Made by a program: the position numbers and the translations under genes. A stretch of 61,758 bases of DNA, filler included, from Sphacelaria rigidula (lineage: Eukaryota), in NCBI GenBank assembly GCA_964200075.2. It is 11 parts of 11 records of this genome, joined end to end, with 100 filler letters (N's around TTAATTAATTAA, not from the genome) between each part and the next. Parts side by side here need not be neighbours in the genome. Positions count along the whole stretch, not along the records: positions 44,990 to 50,512 come from CAXNAA020026644.1; positions 50,613 to 56,135 come from CAXNAA020026645.1; positions 56,236 to 61,758 come from CAXNAA020026646.1; 8 more parts are not named here. One strand, written 5' to 3'. Below the pieces are notes generated by a model, which was not told the origin of the DNA, did not search any database, and was given only the letters and a program-made list of their open reading frames with translations. Below, piece by piece: positions 48,601 to 61,758 of the stretch. Within the stretch, counting starts at the first letter, position 1. Each line of letters begins with the position of its first letter.

Positions 48601-50191
48601 AGCCCCGTAGGCCGGTATGGGACCACCACCGATGTGCCCACGCCCTGCTCCAGGGGAGAACGTTCCGGGTCCCGGTCTACCCGCTCCCGCCCCGCCAGTA
48701 CCCGCGCTCCCTCCGTTTGATACCCCGGGTCCGCCTGCGCCATATGGAACCGGCCCCCCAGCCGGCGATTTATGCACCTGTTGCTGTTGTTGCTGCTGCT
48801 GCGAGCTGACGCTACATGACCTCCTGCCCGTTGGTATCTCGCTATTACTGCCGCTTCCGACGACGGCTCCGCCCCTTCGGTTACTCGGAGCATTTCGCTG
48901 CTGCACCTGCTGCTGCTGCTGCGACTGGATCGGATGGGGAGGTGAGGCAGCAGGAGAGTTCTTCGGCTGTTGATGTTGCTGTGGCTGCGCCTGCTGGCCC
49001 TTGTTGCTCGCCGCTCCCGATTCTTTCCCACTCCCTCCACCTCCACCTCCTCCTCCACCTCCGCCGCTGGCACTAGGTTCCGAGATACTCACCTCTGTAC
49101 CACCACCTACACCTGACGATGTCCGATTGCTAGAATGGTTGCTGTTGTTGAGGCCTGGATTAGAACTACTCTTGATGACGTTATTCGCCATTCCGGTGCC
49201 GCCGGCACCGCCACCCACACCAACACCACTGCCCCGTACAATGCCACCAACCCCCTGGCTACCCACACCACCGTGTCCGTTCGCATTTAATCCAGCGGCG
49301 ACACGTGCAGGGCCTCCGCTGCTCGCCGCGTTGACGGGCCGCACGACGGGTGACATCACCTTGCTCGGCGTTGTTGGTGAAGGACCACCGGCGCGGTGGA
49401 TCGGCTTGTTGCCTGATCCTATGCCTCCTCCACCGCCGCCCAAGATCGGGAAAGCATTGCTGTTCGCCGTGATTTGCATCACAGGTTTTCCTCCGACACC
49501 GCCGCCGATACCCTGAGAGTGGTGTTGGTGCTGGTGCTGGTGCTGCAGCGCAGCGGTGTGGCGGGCAACGGCCGCCGCTGCTGTCGCGGCCCTGTGCGCA
49601 ACATAATACAGGTAACATTGCAAGTATACGCATAAACTGGTGTCAATACGCCAGTAGTTTATTTCACGACAACGGTAGACTAAAACTCTGTCAAATTTTT
49701 ACGCACGTCAGGAAAACTATAAGAACACATGACACAAGGTTGGGCAAGCCATGGTTTCTGAAGTTGTTTTTTGCCTGAGAGGGGAGGGGGAGAGACCCAT
49801 ACCACCGTTCAGAAACATCTGAATCGAGTCAAGTCAACTGAGTGACTCACCTGTTCGCCTCCATTTGTCGGCGCTTCTCGTCCTTTGCGTCCTCCAACTC
49901 TTTCTCTCTCGCCGACTCTGCCGCCTTCTTCTCCTGGGTGACGTATAGTGAGAAGGAGGAGTGGGGAGACAGTCACAGCAATGCGCAACATAGCACGATG
50001 ACGCAACTCGCTACATGCCATAGTCGGGCGAAATCATACTCGCACATGAAGCAACAAGGCCCTTGACGATACAAGTGTTGATAACCGCACAACCGCACAA
50101 CACAAGTACGTGCCCCACCTCTTCTTCCGCCCTCCGCAACGGTAGCGAGGCATTCCACGCCCGATTGATGCGTCGAAGCTCCAAATTATGC
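45656..50191 (-). CDS. Large G/S/P/Q-rich disordered protein with PAM2-like motif, last five exons
   Basis: Exons 50191-50119, 49933-49851, 49591-48597, 48022-47772 and 47149-45656 are GT-AG and in frame. A charged helical stretch (HNLELRRINRAWNASLPLRRAEEEEKKAAESAREKELEDAKDEKRRQMEANR) precedes low-complexity sequence. ELSAAARVFIP at 46573-46541 fits the PAM2 pattern LxxxAxxFxP. Confidence 0.85.
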
Positions 50192-52307
50192 CTGAATCAG
50201 CATGGAATGAAGAATAAAAAAATAGGAGGGGGGGGCGGGGGGGGGGGATTGTAGTGAGTGGCAAAACTCGTACCAAACAGGGAAATCTTCCAAATTTGGC
50301 TGCAGAGTTTGTACTTTCCTCTTGTTTTCCTCTTTCTTGCTTTAGGTCGGCCATTTCTTTCTACGCTTTGCTTGTGTTGATTTTTTATTACTTTTTTTGT
50401 CACGAATTAGTCTGCTATGTCGTTCTGTTCGACTCCTCTTTATTCTTCTTTTTTCCGTTCCTTTTTTTTTTTTTTTTTTATTTCGTCTATCCTGAAACCA
50501 CGTCTGGACCCCNNNNNNNNNNNNNNNNNNNNNNNNNNNNNNNNNNNNNNNNNNNNTTAATTAATTAANNNNNNNNNNNNNNNNNNNNNNNNNNNNNNNN
50601 NNNNNNNNNNNNCCGAAGAAATCGTGGATTTGGTGATTCGTAGTCGTGATGATTCGTCCTAACCGTGGACAGTTCGACGAGCGTTGACGCGGTGCGGGAG
50701 TGCTGATAGTCATGATCCAATCCGCGTTATCAAATGGTCAGGTATCTACTGGGAAGTGGTAATTTGATCCGTTGAGAGTACGCCCCCCCTTCCGAGGAAG
50801 GGGGTAGAGGTCATTAGTAGGACAAAAAACACGTGATGCAGCAGAATGATCGTGTCTAGAATTTGCTCTCCAGACATGTCGATACATTGATGTGTATCTA
50901 CGCAAGATATGTATATATATAAATGTATGTAGTCTATATATAGATTTTGAAACTATAGATTTGAAGGCCTCGACCAATACGACCATAGCCAGAAAATTAA
51001 CGTCCAACAATGCATGATACAGATATGACTTTTCGTGTATTTTCCGTACATTGAACTGATATAGAAACATACCGCGTGAAGTTCACGTCTAGCTCGTGCG
51101 ACAGCGTTGGAATTTTCCCGGAAGCTCCGTCTGCACTAGCGCAAACGAGAGCCGGAGATGATATGCACCCCCTTAGGACGAACACCCGGATGGGTAGGGT
51201 GACTCGTGTTCAGAGTCGAGCTGGCGGATATTGAACGAAGGTTAGCTCGATGAGTATGACCCTACCTGGTTGAGGACGAGGGATACATTCAAGTCCGAGA
51301 CTACCTGGGTCAGGGGCCCCCCCGCCTTGGTGCCTACTCGTACACCGAACCTCCTCTATGACAATTCAGCTTCAGGGCTGAAATCGAAGTGGCGGTGAGG
51401 TGGAACACACTCGAAAACGCTGTACGACACTAGGAATAACGAAGTGCACGGTAAAGACTTTTACCTGTCTCTTGGAGAAAAAAAATTGATACGCCCGCCC
51501 CAGACAGTGCCGCCCTCGTAGAGCCGCTCCCCGCGTAGGGGCAGCCAGAGACAAAAACCAAGGTGTTTTCACGTCGAGATACGGAAATAGACGCTCAAAT
51601 TATGGGATTAGGGATTGCCTAAAAAGAAATTGCCCAACGGTGAACAATGGGCGGCCCAAACCATTTTGGTGCGGCAAGCCGCATACAAACGTCCGAAACA
51701 TCTTCGCTGGTGCAGATACGCAGACAACTTTTATTAACCCTGTCGTGCAGCATTGCGAGGTGACGTCCGAATGTTGCCCTATCCCTTCGGGTGTGTGTTT
51801 AGGAGCTGGTTCCGGACGGCAGGTGGTATTCAAATCCTGGTATCGGCCAAAAACTGAACCGTAAGGGCGCGGCCCAACTCTTCAAACTCCGCTTGCGATC
51901 AACCTAGCGTCAGTCTTTCCAACTTTGTGCTAGTTTTGGGGAGATTGAGGGCGAGGGGTGGTATTCCAATGAATGCACGCGATTTGACCTTTCATTATTC
52001 CAAATGTGAGCATCCGCCACCAGTCATACTTGCTGGAAAGCCTTGACCGTGCGGAGGTGCTCCTTTTAATCCGTAGTCTACGGAGGAATATAAATGAGAA
52101 TTTCGCTTGGCAACAAAGGCGACACAGATGGTATGAAATTTGTTTGGGATTCAGACGGGAGAATTATCACTCTCTCTGAAAGCAAGACGAATGGAGAAGA
52201 AAAAACAGCCGAAATGCATCAAAATAATCCATATTTAGATGCCTCTTTTTTATGTATGTTGATTGGCACGCAAAGCGAACTAAATGGGCGTGTCTGAGTG
52301 GCCGCAG

Positions 52308-55300
52308 GCTTCAAAGAGAATGTGAATGGGGAGGGGTACCTCAAATTTGGCACACTCAGAGGTCAAATAACGTGCATTCGCAGTGGTTTTCAGGTAGGTA
52401 ATCCTCCCCATTTGGCCGTTAGTTTCCCTTCATTTGTTTATTTGATAGGTTGGGCACACATACGTCATTTCGTGTATGTGACGTTCTTGCTGAGGCTAAT
52501 ACAATCGTTCAGAACAGCGTCTGCCATGTCCACACACAGCACAGTGGGAACATTGGATCAGCCAAGTCCACAGCCCCAGCATGGATGGGTTCTGTGGCAC
52601 TATAATCTCGCGCATAGACCACAGGTAAGCCATGCTAGCGGTCGGGGTATGTTGGCCATGTGATCCACACAATACGGTTGAACCTTTCAAGGAGGGAGTG
52701 AATTCGAAAGGATCAGAATTTATGGGGACTCACTTGAAGGTCCTACAATGGTGTGACGACCACAAGCCAAATCCCGCCGAATATTTTACACGTGTACGGA
52801 CCAGCTCCTTACCGGAATCTTGTGCTTTTCAATATTCCAGCTCGGAACGTACCATTGAGGTCCTTCATATCAGACTCTCGTGCATCACATATCCATATAT
52901 CCATGTTTCTGAATGCTATAGAACAAATGTTGGCGTTTGATCTCCAGCGATGGGCAGCACCTGTGATCGATGAAGAAAAGTGTTTCTGTGCGTTTGCGCT
53001 TGCCGCGTGATGTTTGTGCTTCAATGGCAGACGTTGGCTGAGGATGACTCTGTCGTGAGTCGCGGTTTCGACGCACTAAATGTGACGCAACCGTTCGGAG
53101 TTTTACATGGCGCCGAGGACAGTCGAATGTTGTCAGGTACGACGAGGCGCGGATGTGCAGAAACTGTATGTAGTACGGACGATAACACCCCCTGCTCGCT
53201 CAAAATAATGTCGACCACACGGTGTAACTTAGGGACGCCGAAATACATGTCATTGCAACCCACTCAGTATTTTTGACGTTGCAGTGATAGTGCGGACTCG
53301 TCGCGAGGAGAGGGGGGGCGGGGCTGCATTATGAGAAGTAAAAAAACGTATCTCCTGTGGAAAGGAACGGTAGAGAAGACATTTTCCTGGATTATGCAAT
53401 CTCTGATGGAATGTAAGACGCATCCTGTTACCCGAATGGTGTTCACTTTTAACGCCCACGGGTATGTTTATCTTGTCAAATTGACTGAGATCTGAGGGAG
53501 TAGTCGATGTGCGACGATCAAGCAGGCAATCCCTCAAAGCAATCATTGTTGCTTACGGCAGTGCACACGTTTGCTCGGGGATACATATTTGGATGTTGGG
53601 AGCTGCGTTCGCAAGCGGTGTGAAATTTGAGGCCGGTTTCTCTTATGACGGAGGGTCGTTCGAGACTGTGCAGGGTGAGATTTGTTTCATCATCGGTTGA
53701 CGTCCAGAGATTGCTGGTGCATCAGGTTTGGCGGAAGTTTTGGGGTTCTATTAGCGGGGAAATCCACATATGTTCGGTGAGGTTCTCAAGGTTGGAATGC
53801 GTGGTACAAAATATTGGCACTAGGGTGAAGAGACGATCTATACAAAATGGCGAGTTCGACTGCCGAGGTGTTTTTGCAGCTAACGTGGGTGTGTTCGTCG
53901 ATACCGACCCCAGCATACGGCAAGCCCTTAGCATATTGGACGATCAAAGCGTTATCGGGGCAAGTCGTGTGTATTTGGAACGTTGGGGGACGTGCAGCGG
54001 TAAAAGTGTCGGCGTATCTGCGCGGGCGTGTCCGGATGCTATCTGGCATGTTGTGCACTACCGATATCGGTGCATGGCGCGCGTGAGGATTGCTAGCTAA
54101 GCTTGACCCAATACGATTATAGCGTTGTCGAGGTGACCCCCCGGCAAACGTGGTGGGCTGCGCGCTGTGCGTTGTGCCTTCTCGTGACCATTGACGCACT
54201 CCTCAGCTCACGTCGGCCCAATCAACGCCCTGCTGCCTTTTATCAACACTGCCGTGAAAATATGGCCAGATGAACCTTATTACGGAAAGGGTTAGTTACC
54301 AGGGTAGTAAAGTGATCCAGGGTTCAAATCTCTCTTCCCCCTCCCCGTCCGCCGCTGCCCTCCGTGGGTCAGTTCATCGTGTTTCCCCTCCAAAGGTATG
54401 ATACTCGTGAAACCAGAGACTCCGCATTTTGGAAAGATACCGTTGGGAGCTGTAGGCAGCTTGGGTTGGAGGGGACTGGCAGCGTTCTGATCAACTTGCT
54501 CGACATTTTCAAAGTGGGAGTTTTCTGCAGTAGACTGACGGTAGTTTTGGCTCTTCGGAGGGAAACGGATCGATTGATTGCTTATTTTATATTGACTAAC
54601 CTTCGAGGGATCAGTCGTAATCGCAAAATAAATGGACCCAAGGGTGAACAAAATGGAAGGGTCGGCATGTAAGGTCTGCTTTTACACGTTTTTGCCTCTA
54701 CTCTCTCAGGGCCGACCTGCCTTGTTTGGCCGTCATCCGACTGCTGAGGTTGTGTCGGAATCAAATGGATAAACTCAACAATGTACTCATCGGACAGAAA
54801 CATGGCTTTGTGTCGAGGGGAAAGAGCAAGAAACAAGCATCTCAGCCCCTTATTTCCATCACGTGGAAAGGAAAGTGACCGAAAAGCTGATGAAAAGAGT
54901 AATTGGAATCACCGGGCTAGGTATGCTCTCTCGTGTAACACAGGTCTGCGTCGGCTGGCTCAGACTTGTTGCCACTTTTGTCGAGAAAACGGGCCAAATT
55001 GACCTCTACAATAGAGGCGGGCCAGGGGAAGCACTCAACAGAAGGGTTTCGTACACGGCATGGAAGTCCCACATGTCAATATGCGCGTACCAGATACAGC
55101 ACATGCGCGTGGAGGTTGGTGCCCCATTTAAGGCGAAACAGATGCGTGTACACTGTGTGACGATCTTAAAATAGATAGTTTCTCCGTCGTTTCGTGTATT
55201 TTTTGTCGCGTGCTGTTGATTTTTTTCATCAGGGTTCCCCCATGACCTGCTGGCGGAAGCATCCACTGAGCCGTTGGCCACTAACAACCACTTCAAAGCG

Positions 55301-55581
55301 GTTACCCAGCAAGCCTTCACAGAGAGCGGCTTGTCTGCGCATCTACGGTGAGGAGGTGTACGTACAGGCATGAAACCCGACAACCTTCGCTGAAGATTGT
55401 ACAGCAAGTATACTTGGATGCAGGAAAGGAGACTGTCATGCGTGATGCATAGCGCCGAGGCGCCCTGGTTGTTTCATGGGTACCACAAGTGCCAGTTGCA
55501 GCCGAAGATCGCCTGTTCGAAGCCCCTGCGGGTGGTCTCTTTACCAGAATCCAATGTCCCTATGTTCAAATCATGGGACCG
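52308..55581 (+). pseudogene. Multi-exon hAT-like DDE transposase relic (tentative)
   Basis: Putative exons 52308-52393, 52545-52793, 53031-53136, 53526-53674, 53880-53999, plus further exon-like blocks to ~55581. They give in order TLRGQITCIRSGFQWEHWISQVHSPSMDG, WPCDPH..EPFKEG, DSRMLS/QSLKAIIVAY and VFVDTDPSIRQALSILDDQ, resembling the hAT DG, CxxH, TRWxS and LxxLQ motifs. In-frame TAA at 52626-52628 and one phase mismatch. Confidence 0.45.
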
Positions 55582-55654
55582 TGAGTAGAAATGAGATTTC
55601 GCCAAGAGTCGACGGAGAGTCGGAGTGCTATTCGACCTGCGAGACCAAAAACTC

Positions 55655-55885
55655 CAAGGTTGTGGTTTGTACGGTATACCGGCTGAAGTTGGGGGTAATA
55701 AAGAAAGTAGAAGCGAGGTATGATATCGGTAGATACCCCTCCGAACCATACCGAAACAGGAAACAGGACTTAATTCCCCGCCGAATCATACCGGAATGTT
55801 GGGTACACATTATGATATGGTTGAGCGTGCTGACCGAAAATCTCCCTACTTTTGGGTATATCGTACCCTACAGAACACAACCTTG
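55655..55885. mobile_element. MITE with ~21-bp TIRs
   Basis: CAAGGTTGTGGTTTGTACGGTA versus reverse complement CAAGGTTGTGTTCTGTAGGGTA; internal ATACCG motifs; no clear TSD. Confidence 0.75.
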
Positions 55886-56044
55886 GAAAAATAACCGTGT
55901 ACTGTATTGGGGCAGAAATGGGTGATTCCTTTAGACAATTGTGTGGCCGCCGGGGAAGGAGAGGGGTTGAAGGTATTGATTCATTGGTTGACTGTCGCAC
56001 TTTAATGGGGGGCCCAGGGATCCAGCCGTGGTCACGTCGTAAAC

Positions 56045-56135
56045 GTTTTATTATTATGATTATTATTTATTATTATATCCGTCACATTAGCTAAATCTCT
56101 CGAACCCGTGGTGACAGAGTGCAAGGACCATACCA
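56045..56135 (-). mobile_element. Probable retroposon 3' end with (TAA)n tail; related copy at 56236-56290
   Basis: Degenerate (TTA)n run next to ATCTC(T/G)CGAACCCGTGGT(G/C)ACAGA, a motif that also opens the next contig. Confidence 0.55.
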
Positions 56136-57989
56136 NNNNNNNNNNNNNNNNNNNNNNNNNNNNNNNNNNNNNNNNNNNNTTAATTAATTAANNNNNNNNN
56201 NNNNNNNNNNNNNNNNNNNNNNNNNNNNNNNNNNNGATCTCGCGAACCCGTGGTCACAGACGTAGGCTCGCCTTTCCAATACCGTCCCTGCTATTCCTTA
56301 CCAGACACATTACCAATAAGAGCGACGTCACGAACACCGGTGAGAAGTAGCTCCCCCGAGTTCAACGGAGAGAGAAAAGGAAGAAAGACAAAACAAAATC
56401 TATACAACAGTCAAATACATGGTAGCATACTGAGCGCTAAGGGCGAAAATGTACCTAGATCGCCACTGAAGATCCATACAAATTTATTACCTAATGTCAA
56501 CCTATTCCCCACGTGCTTCAAATCTCAGGCCGTGGCTCGCCGAGACTAGACAAAGAAGTGAGAAAAGGAACAAGCGTCCAGAAGCAGCATGTTGATTGAT
56601 TGCGGAGACTAGTTGGCATGTTGCTTTTGGATGCGTGCTCCTTTTCTCGCCTCAGTTTGTGATCTCGATAAGACATGGCCTTAGCAACCGTCCCAGCTCG
56701 TGAATCTCACGGAAGAAATGGACTTGAAAACGCTTTCTATGGGATTGGATTTTACCTACGTTAGTGGTACTTCGGTGATGTGGGTTTTGACATCGTCGGA
56801 TTTCCACTGACGGTATACACGGAAGACCCAGACAGCCTCTGGATGGCTTCCCATACTTGTCTCGTAAAAAAACTCAGATTGCCCTCAAACTTGGCAGTCC
56901 GGTGGCTATTCATGCTCCGAATGGATATCGTTGGCTCACATTTTAAGGGTTCTCTACTCTTTACCGCCTTCCGGAGCTCCAGGCGTGCGAACCCCCGAAA
57001 GCCGATTCAGAATGCCTCAAAGCAAAAAATAGAATATATGTGTTCGTCCCGGGGTAGTCCAAGGAACTTTGGCACGAGGATTTGTTTGCGAAACTCGATA
57101 GCCTGATGCCAGGGGGTCGTTCTCACGTTAAACGAGACAATTCAGTGCTGAAATCAACTACGTGCGTGGTGAGGAGGTTACACCGGCACGGTACACTTCC
57201 GTAAACTCATCCGAAATACCTCACGCCGTTTTTTTGGAGTTGGACTGTGAAAATTACATGCATATAATTTCGGTCGTTACGAGACTTTCTAGGAAAGAAA
57301 GGTGTTTCTCTTTATATTTCGCCCGGTGTCGGGGGCCCCAGAATGGCGTTTGATCCCCCTAAATTTCCCCCTGAACCCTGGGACCCCTGGTAACCGTCGG
57401 AAAAATGAAGAATCGAAAAATCTCGTCCTCCAAACGTTTTGTAATGACGTACAGTACATGCGTGCAAGTTTTCAGAGTCTAAATCCGAAAGCCGGCGAGA
57501 GGCTTGCAAATAAATGCAGTTAGGGTGTTACCCGCCAGGGGTGCGCCGACTGAGACCTTTCCCTACCCATTATCTAAAGATACCTGGGGGCTCTCACAAC
57601 CAAGGTAAGCATGTTTCTGTACTCTCAATTCCAAGACATACGCATGGTACACAATATTCTCATCATGCTGGAATATTCCATGTCGGGTTTTCGCCCGCCA
57701 TGTAATACACCGCGCCGTACGCAGACATTGGAGGGACAACCCTATGAACAAATATCCTGGGCAGGACAAGAAGAACATCACGTAATAGCAATACGCCACA
57801 TCGGAGGAAAATGTGCATAGAGAGGAAGGAATTAGCAAGGAACATGAGGGAATGTTGGGATGTTGAGTATTCCTGCCATCTTCGCCACGTTCAGTCCGGT
57901 ACATATCTGGCTACACGTTCTGCCATGTCCCTCCTGCTCTCTTCGGCTTCACTGGTATCCTCAGCGTAGATCTTTATTTTGCTGGTTCC

Positions 57990-60900
57990 CCTGTTTATCG
58001 TCCCCCTCCACCTCCTCTTAGCCGTCGTCTGTGTCGTGACGCTTTGCTCGGTGTCCCACTTAATCGCGCGCAGTCGGCTGGCTTCCTCCTCGTCCTTGTG
58101 CCATAAGGTAGGTGATGGACCTCTCCGCTCCCTGCAGCACCCCCGCGTTCCACGACACCCCCCCCTCCTCCTTCGCTGCTGAGGTCCAGAGGACGCTGTC
58201 GACTTCGATCATTTGTCGGTTGTCGTCCGTAGAGCCGTCTATGGACCCCAAAGCTTGAAGATCGTCCCTCAGGCGCTTCACCCAGTTTTGTTCCGGGCAC
58301 AGAGTTTTCCGAATGCCAGGCGCTTTCGTAATCCATCCGGTTGTCTAGCCGGGGCTCCTGCGAACAGCCGTCGCTGTTGCCGGACGATGGCTTCAACACG
58401 CTGGCATCCGGTCTTCTTGAGGACCTCGACATACGAAAGCCGTCAGTATGTGCCATGGACATGGTGTTACCCGAGAACTCGCAGGAGGAACCGGTTGGGA
58501 ATATGTACTTCTCAGCAACTCGTAGTGCTCGCGGCGCGGAGCCCACGCCATGCATCCGTGCAGTAGGGCCTCCGTCGCCTCCGCTTTCAGCAGTGGGACC
58601 TTGAGTCTCCACCGTTCTTCTGGTCGGTCGAAGAGCTCCAGGAAACCTTCCTGGCGCACGCCCACGCTGCCCTGCTCCGATTGCTCATCTCTTGTGTAAG
58701 TTCGCCATCGTTGACGGGACCGCCCAAGTATCGGAACTTGGTCGTCTGTGCGTACTGCTGGCCCGCTGCGTGGATGACGAGTGGGGGGCGAGGTGGCGTC
58801 GGTGGCGACGGTGGCTCCCCATCCTCTTTGGTTGCTCCTCCGGTTTCGCATTAAGACAGCCTCCGCCTTCTTCGCCGACAACATCAATTCAAAGCCCCCA
58901 AACACTTCCACTATAACGATCATCATCCTCGCCAGGCCGGCGGGGGATCTCGAGACGACTCCCGCGTCGTCGGAATATAGCATTCCCCACACCGCTCTTC
59001 ATACGCGTTACAGTGGCGCCTCCTCGGCGAAATATACCACGTTCTTGAGGATGATATCGTCGTTGCTGAATCGGACGAGAACTAGCTCAAGCGCCGCTTC
59101 GAGGAAAATGTTGAACAGCAGCGGATGCAGCACACGTCTTGGCCGCAGACCCCGTGTGACCTCGAACCACTCCGAGAGCTCTCCGTCGTCCATGCATACG
59201 CGGGCCTGCGTCCCGCCATGGAATTGGCGGATAACTGCGCTTGCTCGTCCGGGATACTAGCTCCGGCCAGCATCTTCCACAGAAGCTCTCGGTTGACTGA
59301 GTCATGGCCCTTCCGGAGATCGACAAAGCACGTGAACAGCGGTATCCTCTGCTGCTGCCCCAGCTCCTGGAGTCGGCGCACTACACACAGCATGTCGACG
59401 GTGGATCGACCAGGTCGGAAACCGCACTGTTCCTCCGGGAGGATCCTGTTGGCTTCGCAGTAGGCGCTGAGGCGGTTGGCCACTATTTTCAGAAGAGCTT
59501 CCCCTGCGGAGTAGTGAGACCCCCCTGTAGTTGCTGCTGTTGGACCGGTACGATTTCTTGTACGGAACTGTGATGGTTGCGTTGTTCCACTTCTGCAGGA
59601 CTTCCCCTCCATTCCACCCCTCGGCGAGAATGGCATGAAAGCATTTGAGAACGATGGGTTCGGCCCGGCCGTCGATCTTGGGTAGCTCTGCGGGGAGGAG
59701 TCGTGTCCCGGCACTTCCCAGTTGTGCATCCCCCGGATTGCTCGCTCGGTCTCCTCCAACCTTGGTACTGACCCAAGTGGTTCGAATCTTTGGTGACCGA
59801 TGCTGCCGATTTCTGCTTCGCCTCGGTGATGGCTGGGTTCAGCGTGGGCTATTTCATGTTGAGCAGCGTGCAGAAGAACGTCGCCCACCGTGTAAGGATA
59901 TCCACTTCGTTCCTCAGCAGAGTGGTGTTCTCGTCCATGATGAACTGCTGTCTCCCCGACTGACTCCCGCCAGGACCCATCGATCACCTGAGGTGGTTGT
60001 TCAGGCCTCTCCTGTCGCGGTTCTTGTAGTTTACTCTTCTGGCTTCGCCACGCACCTCTCCAGGTGTACATGGACGCCGTATTCTGTATGTACCCCGTTG
60101 AACGCGGCTCTGAGCGCTTTCCACGTTGCTGCGGTCCTGTTGTCCTCCATCAGTCGGCGTGCCTCCCATCGTTTGGCAAGCACTGCCTCTACTGTTGCTC
60201 GCGTGTCAGGGCTTTCACACTATTCCGGCATACGTGGTATTCGTGTCTCCCCCGGGAGTACTGTCTACACTGCTTCGAGGATGGCTTCGGTAATCTCCTT
60301 CGCGGCCGCCGATGCGGTGGTGGTTAGCTGACACGTTCGTTCGCCCGAGGTTGTGTACGAGCCTCTCGGTCACGGGTCACCGTGCCACTTCGACCTGCAG
60401 CTGTTGTCTGCTGACTTGCCGCTGCTTCGATTTGACCCGTACGATACGGTTGTTGTCGAGGCGACCACCGAGGTCGAGAGTGGCCACCACCATGTTGTGG
60501 TCCGAGTAAGCTTTGGCTGAAAGTGCGGTTGGGGTTTACGGCTACGTGACGCACTCTACCTCGGTGTGCCTGCTGTGTGAGTACGTAGTCTGAGCGCTTG
60601 AGCTCATTCGCGTGGTTCCCGGTGACACCGTTGTACGTGTGCGAGACTCCTCCTCTGCCCGTACGGAAGAACATGTCCATGGTTGCGAGTGTTTTGTCGA
60701 TGGCGAAAGTCTGTAGTAGTTTGCCCTTATCGCTCAGCTCATTGCGTCCACAGGCTACTTACTAGGATCTCTTCGTCCTGTGTACTATCTCCCATCTTTC
60801 CGTTCGCACGTTGGCGTTCATCAACAAAAAATCACGTTCCTTTGACGAGACCCGCTGTACGAGATCGCATTTTTCAAGCCCATCCCAAAACGCTTGTTTG

Positions 60901-61290
60901 GTTTCGTCCTTCTTGACTACAGTTGGTACATACGCAGCTATGAAATTGACCATCCCGCTTCGACCCGATATCTCGAACCACAACGCCGTGGGGCGCTCGT
61001 CAACGTACTCGGTGGTTTAGCTTTTGCGTTATCGCAAATCGACTCTTTGACGGCTAGTCCCGCACCGTGTTGCTCACCCGACTCGCTCGCGCAGCAGGAG
61101 ACTCTGAACCGTGCTGTTGTACAGCCTGGTCGTCTTGGCCTCCTTGTCTCCTAAAGTCCTACCGCCGAAACGTTTAATCGTGTTGCGTCGCAGAAGACGC
61201 CGTAGCTCCATCCCCACTCGTTGGCTCATCTATACAACTTCGAGTATGGCGTTCACTCAATATGGATGGTTCGTTACCGTTACTCAAAAT
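57990..61290 (-). mobile_element. Decayed non-LTR retrotransposon (RTE-like LINE; APE endonuclease + reverse transcriptase)
   Basis: Endonuclease: GL*ETRR, VNFIAAYVPT...KQAFWDGL...FLLMNANVRT. RT: ILPEEQCGFRPGRSTVDML, FVDLRKGHDSVNRELLWKML, SEWFEVTRGLRPRRVLHPLLFNIF, MLYSDDAGVVS. C-terminal: RLKVPLLKAEATEALLHGCMAW, LRDDLQALG. Many frameshifts. Confidence 0.92.
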
Positions 61291-61758
61291 TCGAGAGTCG
61301 GTACGCGTTGGAAATGAAGCAGGTCGTGCTCACAACACATTTTCCCATTTTCGTTGTCGGGATAATGTGGAGTAAACCCCGTTTATCGGAGGGTGTTCTT
61401 GACCGCATTTGAGTCAAAAACACGGTTATTCGGCGATAGCGCAGTGAATTTCGAGAAAACAAGAGCACTAAACCATACAATTGTCCATCACAATGATCTG
61501 GATTGGTTCGGTCGAGCGAAAATATTGACGAGCGAGAACCGGGGATTGTACAGTGATGTACGATGCACAATGACCGGTGGGGCCCTGACTCGTTGAAAGT
61601 AGATTGCAGATTTTTTCTTGAAAATTGTGTCCAGCACTTATGTTTCTTGATTCCCAAAGTCTGGCATAAAGCTTTCAAGGGTCGGACAAATCAATGATTC
61701 ATCTGGAAATTACTTGGTTTTAGTGTAATTCATTCGAATCGCACGAATCAATCCCTGG

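Noticed and set aside
45735..49516. Long plus-strand Pro-rich ORFs (45735-46817, 49001-49516)
   Set aside because: These are antisense shadows of the GC-rich minus-strand exons, which have proper splice sites.
5525..56235. Regular ~5.6-kb periodicity of TTAATTAATTAA
   Set aside because: It is an artificial linker between length-sorted contigs, so gene co-occurrence across linkers means nothing.
56095..56290. Same motif on both sides of the last linker suggesting contigs 10 and 11 are adjacent
   Set aside because: The copies are diverged; a common repeat at assembly breaks explains it.

Overview
This window is not one locus. It is 11 unlinked contigs (five of 5,524 bp, six of 5,523 bp, apparently length-sorted) joined by artificial 100-bp N44-TTAATTAATTAA-N44 linkers, so neighbourhoods across linkers are meaningless. 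The DNA is intron-rich, repeat-rich eukaryotic nuclear sequence; gene style and retroelement type suggest a brown alga (inference). Most ORF-track entries are spurious, and the real genes appear only after splicing. Host gene fragments: an RCC1-repeat exon, the last four exons of VPS45, a three-exon uncharacterised protein with a WRNRGL motif, an eight-exon PPR protein fragment, a ZIP transporter last exon, a tentative two-exon unknown 3' end, and a five-exon low-complexity protein with a PAM2-like motif. Mobile DNA: a decayed Ty3/gypsy gag-pol, a nearly full-length decayed RTE-like LINE, two candidate intron-containing DNA-transposase pseudogenes (Sola/DUF7869-like and hAT-like), tRNA-like SINE heads and many MITE/foldback elements. 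I found no convincing new multi-gene system. The best leads are a ~75-bp poly-C-flanked repeat with a GAAA hairpin at six contig ends, the two spliced transposase relics and the unnamed WRNRGL protein. All family assignments are from motif recognition by eye, not searches.
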